Source: Candidatus Enterousia sp.
Lineage (GTDB): Bacteria > Pseudomonadota > Alphaproteobacteria > Rs-D84
Reading direction: 5' to 3'
Assembly: GCA_045613785.1 (NCBI GenBank)
Contig: JAZLBQ010000026.1
Location: forward strand, 1-64,000
DNA length: 64,000 bases
Numbering within the stretch: position 1 is the first letter of the stretch; each line of letters begins with the position of its first letter. The position numbers and the translations under genes were made by a program. The notes under the pieces were generated by a model, which had not been told where the DNA came from, searched no databases, and saw only the letters and a program-made list of their open reading frames with translations. Positions 62,770 through 64,000 of the stretch are shown here, piece by piece.

Positions 62770-63025
62770 TTTACAATTATAACAATTTCAACAATTTTCA
62801 ACAAGCAGAAAAGCCCCCCGTCCTAAAATTGTTAAAAGTGTTAAAAACTTCAAATTTATCAACTGTTGATTATTTTGTTTAATATTTAACAATTTGAAAT
62901 CAAAACCGCACAAATCCTGGATTTTTTTGTTAAAAAACTGTTCAGAAAAAGTTAAAAACAGTTTTCAACAATTTCAACAGGCCCTACAACAACAACTATT
63001 AAATAATATTATTATTTGATTTTTC
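62770..63025. other. candidate chromosomal replication origin (oriC)
   Basis: About ten TT(T/A)(T/C)AACA-type 9-mers in both orientations, ending in TTTTCAACA-ATTTCAACA-GGCCC-TACAACAACAACTAT and an AT-rich tract. Confidence 0.75.
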
Positions 63026-63066
63026 AAAAAATATGTTTATAATCGACCTGTAAAAAGGATAACGAT

Positions 63067-63201
63067 ATGAAATTTTTAAGTTCATTAAAGGCTTGGAAGA
63101 AACGTGGAAATGTAAAACAGATCCGTCGTGGAAAGCAAGTTATCTTAATAGACCCTGACAATCCAAAGTTCAAAGCGAAACAGGGCTTTAAGAAGAAATA
63201 A
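63067..63201 (+). CDS. rpmJ: 50S ribosomal protein L36 (Cys-free, type B)
   Basis: 44 aa MKFLSSLKAWKKRGNVKQIRRGKQVILIDPDNPKFKAKQGFKKK with AAGGA SD and a downstream terminator. Below the ORF-track length cutoff. Confidence 0.88.
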   Translation: MKFLSSLKAWKKRGNVKQIRRGKQVILIDPDNPKFKAKQGFKKK

Positions 63202-63241
63202 AAAATCGCCGCTTGGCGGTTTTTTTTTATACCTATAATAA

Positions 63242-63913
63242 TTATTCAAAAGATAAGAACGCCTCTTTCAGAACTTCTTGGACTTCACATCCTGACAGCC
63301 CTGCCCCACGCAAGAAACGCATTTGAAAATCAGTTGGTTTATAAATACTTGCACTATGGTCTGCTTGTTTAGGAATCGATTTAATTTTCTGTCCGGGGAT
63401 AAAATCAATTTTTGCACCTTCATCTGCCATTGCGACAAAAGCAACATCAGACTGGCAATCATCACAGTTTTTATCGATAACGGCAATACCAGATAATTTA
63501 GAAACAGAATTTTTACCGGCCAGTATTTTATTTTTAATTAAAATGCCGGTATTTTTATATAGATGCCGTGCATTGCAATTATAATTCAGTTCACTGGAAT
63601 TATCAATCAACACAGTTCCTGAAATTTTAGAATTTTCCCCGGCGTTTTTAATAAAAATGTTCAAAAAAGCCGGTGATTTTATTTTTACATTTACACTTAA
63701 AATTACATTTTGATTTTTTACACCGACTTCTATATCTAAAATATTTTCGCCGGCGATTTCCCCGACATAAATAAAATGGACAGGCAAATCGTAATTTTTA
63801 TTTATTGGCTTATTTTCCAAAGTAGATAATTCAGGGCAATAAACACCATCACGGAAAACGACAGTTTCCGCTGGCATAGTTTTTATGTTGAATTCATTCC
63901 ACATGTATGACAT
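63242..63913 (-). CDS. SufD/SufBD-like beta-helix protein
   Basis: Beta-solenoid-like repeats, IDFIPGQKI...ADHSASI...[18 protein letters not shown] resembles the SufBD C-terminus. Confidence 0.65.
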   Translation of the reverse strand: MSYMWNEFNIKTMPAETVVFRDGVYCPELSTLENKPINKNYDLPVHFIYVGEIAGENILDIEVGVKNQNVILSVNVKIKSPAFLNIFIKNAGENSKISGTVLIDNSSELNYNCNARHLYKNTGILIKNKILAGKNSVSKLSGIAVIDKNCDDCQSDVAFVAMADEGAKIDFIPGQKIKSIPKQADHSASIYKPTDFQMRFLRGAGLSGCEVQEVLKEAFLSFE

Positions 63914-63940
63914 ATTATCGACATTATAAAGGATTTTAAA

Positions 63941-64000
63941 ATGGGATTCAATTGTGGAATCGTAGGCTTACCAAATGTAGGTAAATCTACATTATTTAAT
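63941..64000 (+). CDS. ychF: redox-regulated ATPase YchF (5' end only)
   Basis: [20 protein letters not shown]. Confidence 0.92.
   Translation, partial: MGFNCGIVGLPNVGKSTLFN

Overview
AT-rich bacterial chromosome segment, Gram-negative (lpxC, lpxK, lolD/E, pal) with alphaproteobacterial-type genes (addB-like, LpoA-like, virB3/virB4, Cys-free L36). It is probably from a reduced-genome, host-associated lineage such as Rs-D84/'Ca. Enterousia' (inference only). Most of the window is housekeeping genes (aspS, trxB, serS, typA, recA, ruvA, mnmE, xth, gyrB, ung, infC, rfbCD, ychF), plus a surface-polysaccharide cluster, five tRNAs, several ORFans and a decayed integrative islet at tRNA-fMet. The most notable non-coding signals are: (1) a T-box riboswitch-like leader upstream of aspS with an ultrashort Stem I, an Asp (GAC) specifier and a matching UGGC discriminator pairing, unexpected in Alphaproteobacteria; (2) a family of about 90-105 bp nested palindromes with conserved AGAT/AGAT mismatches, all in one orientation, at five gene 3' ends plus a related copy at tRNA-Thr; (3) a candidate oriC between virB3 and rpmJ with variant DnaA boxes, a GGCCC clamp and DnaA-trio-like repeats; (4) a C4-antisense-like RNA attenuator and an integrase C-terminal remnant in frame behind a TGA in the tRNA-fMet islet. 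Coordinates were read by hand and may be off by a few bases. Family assignments come from recognising motifs, not from database searches.
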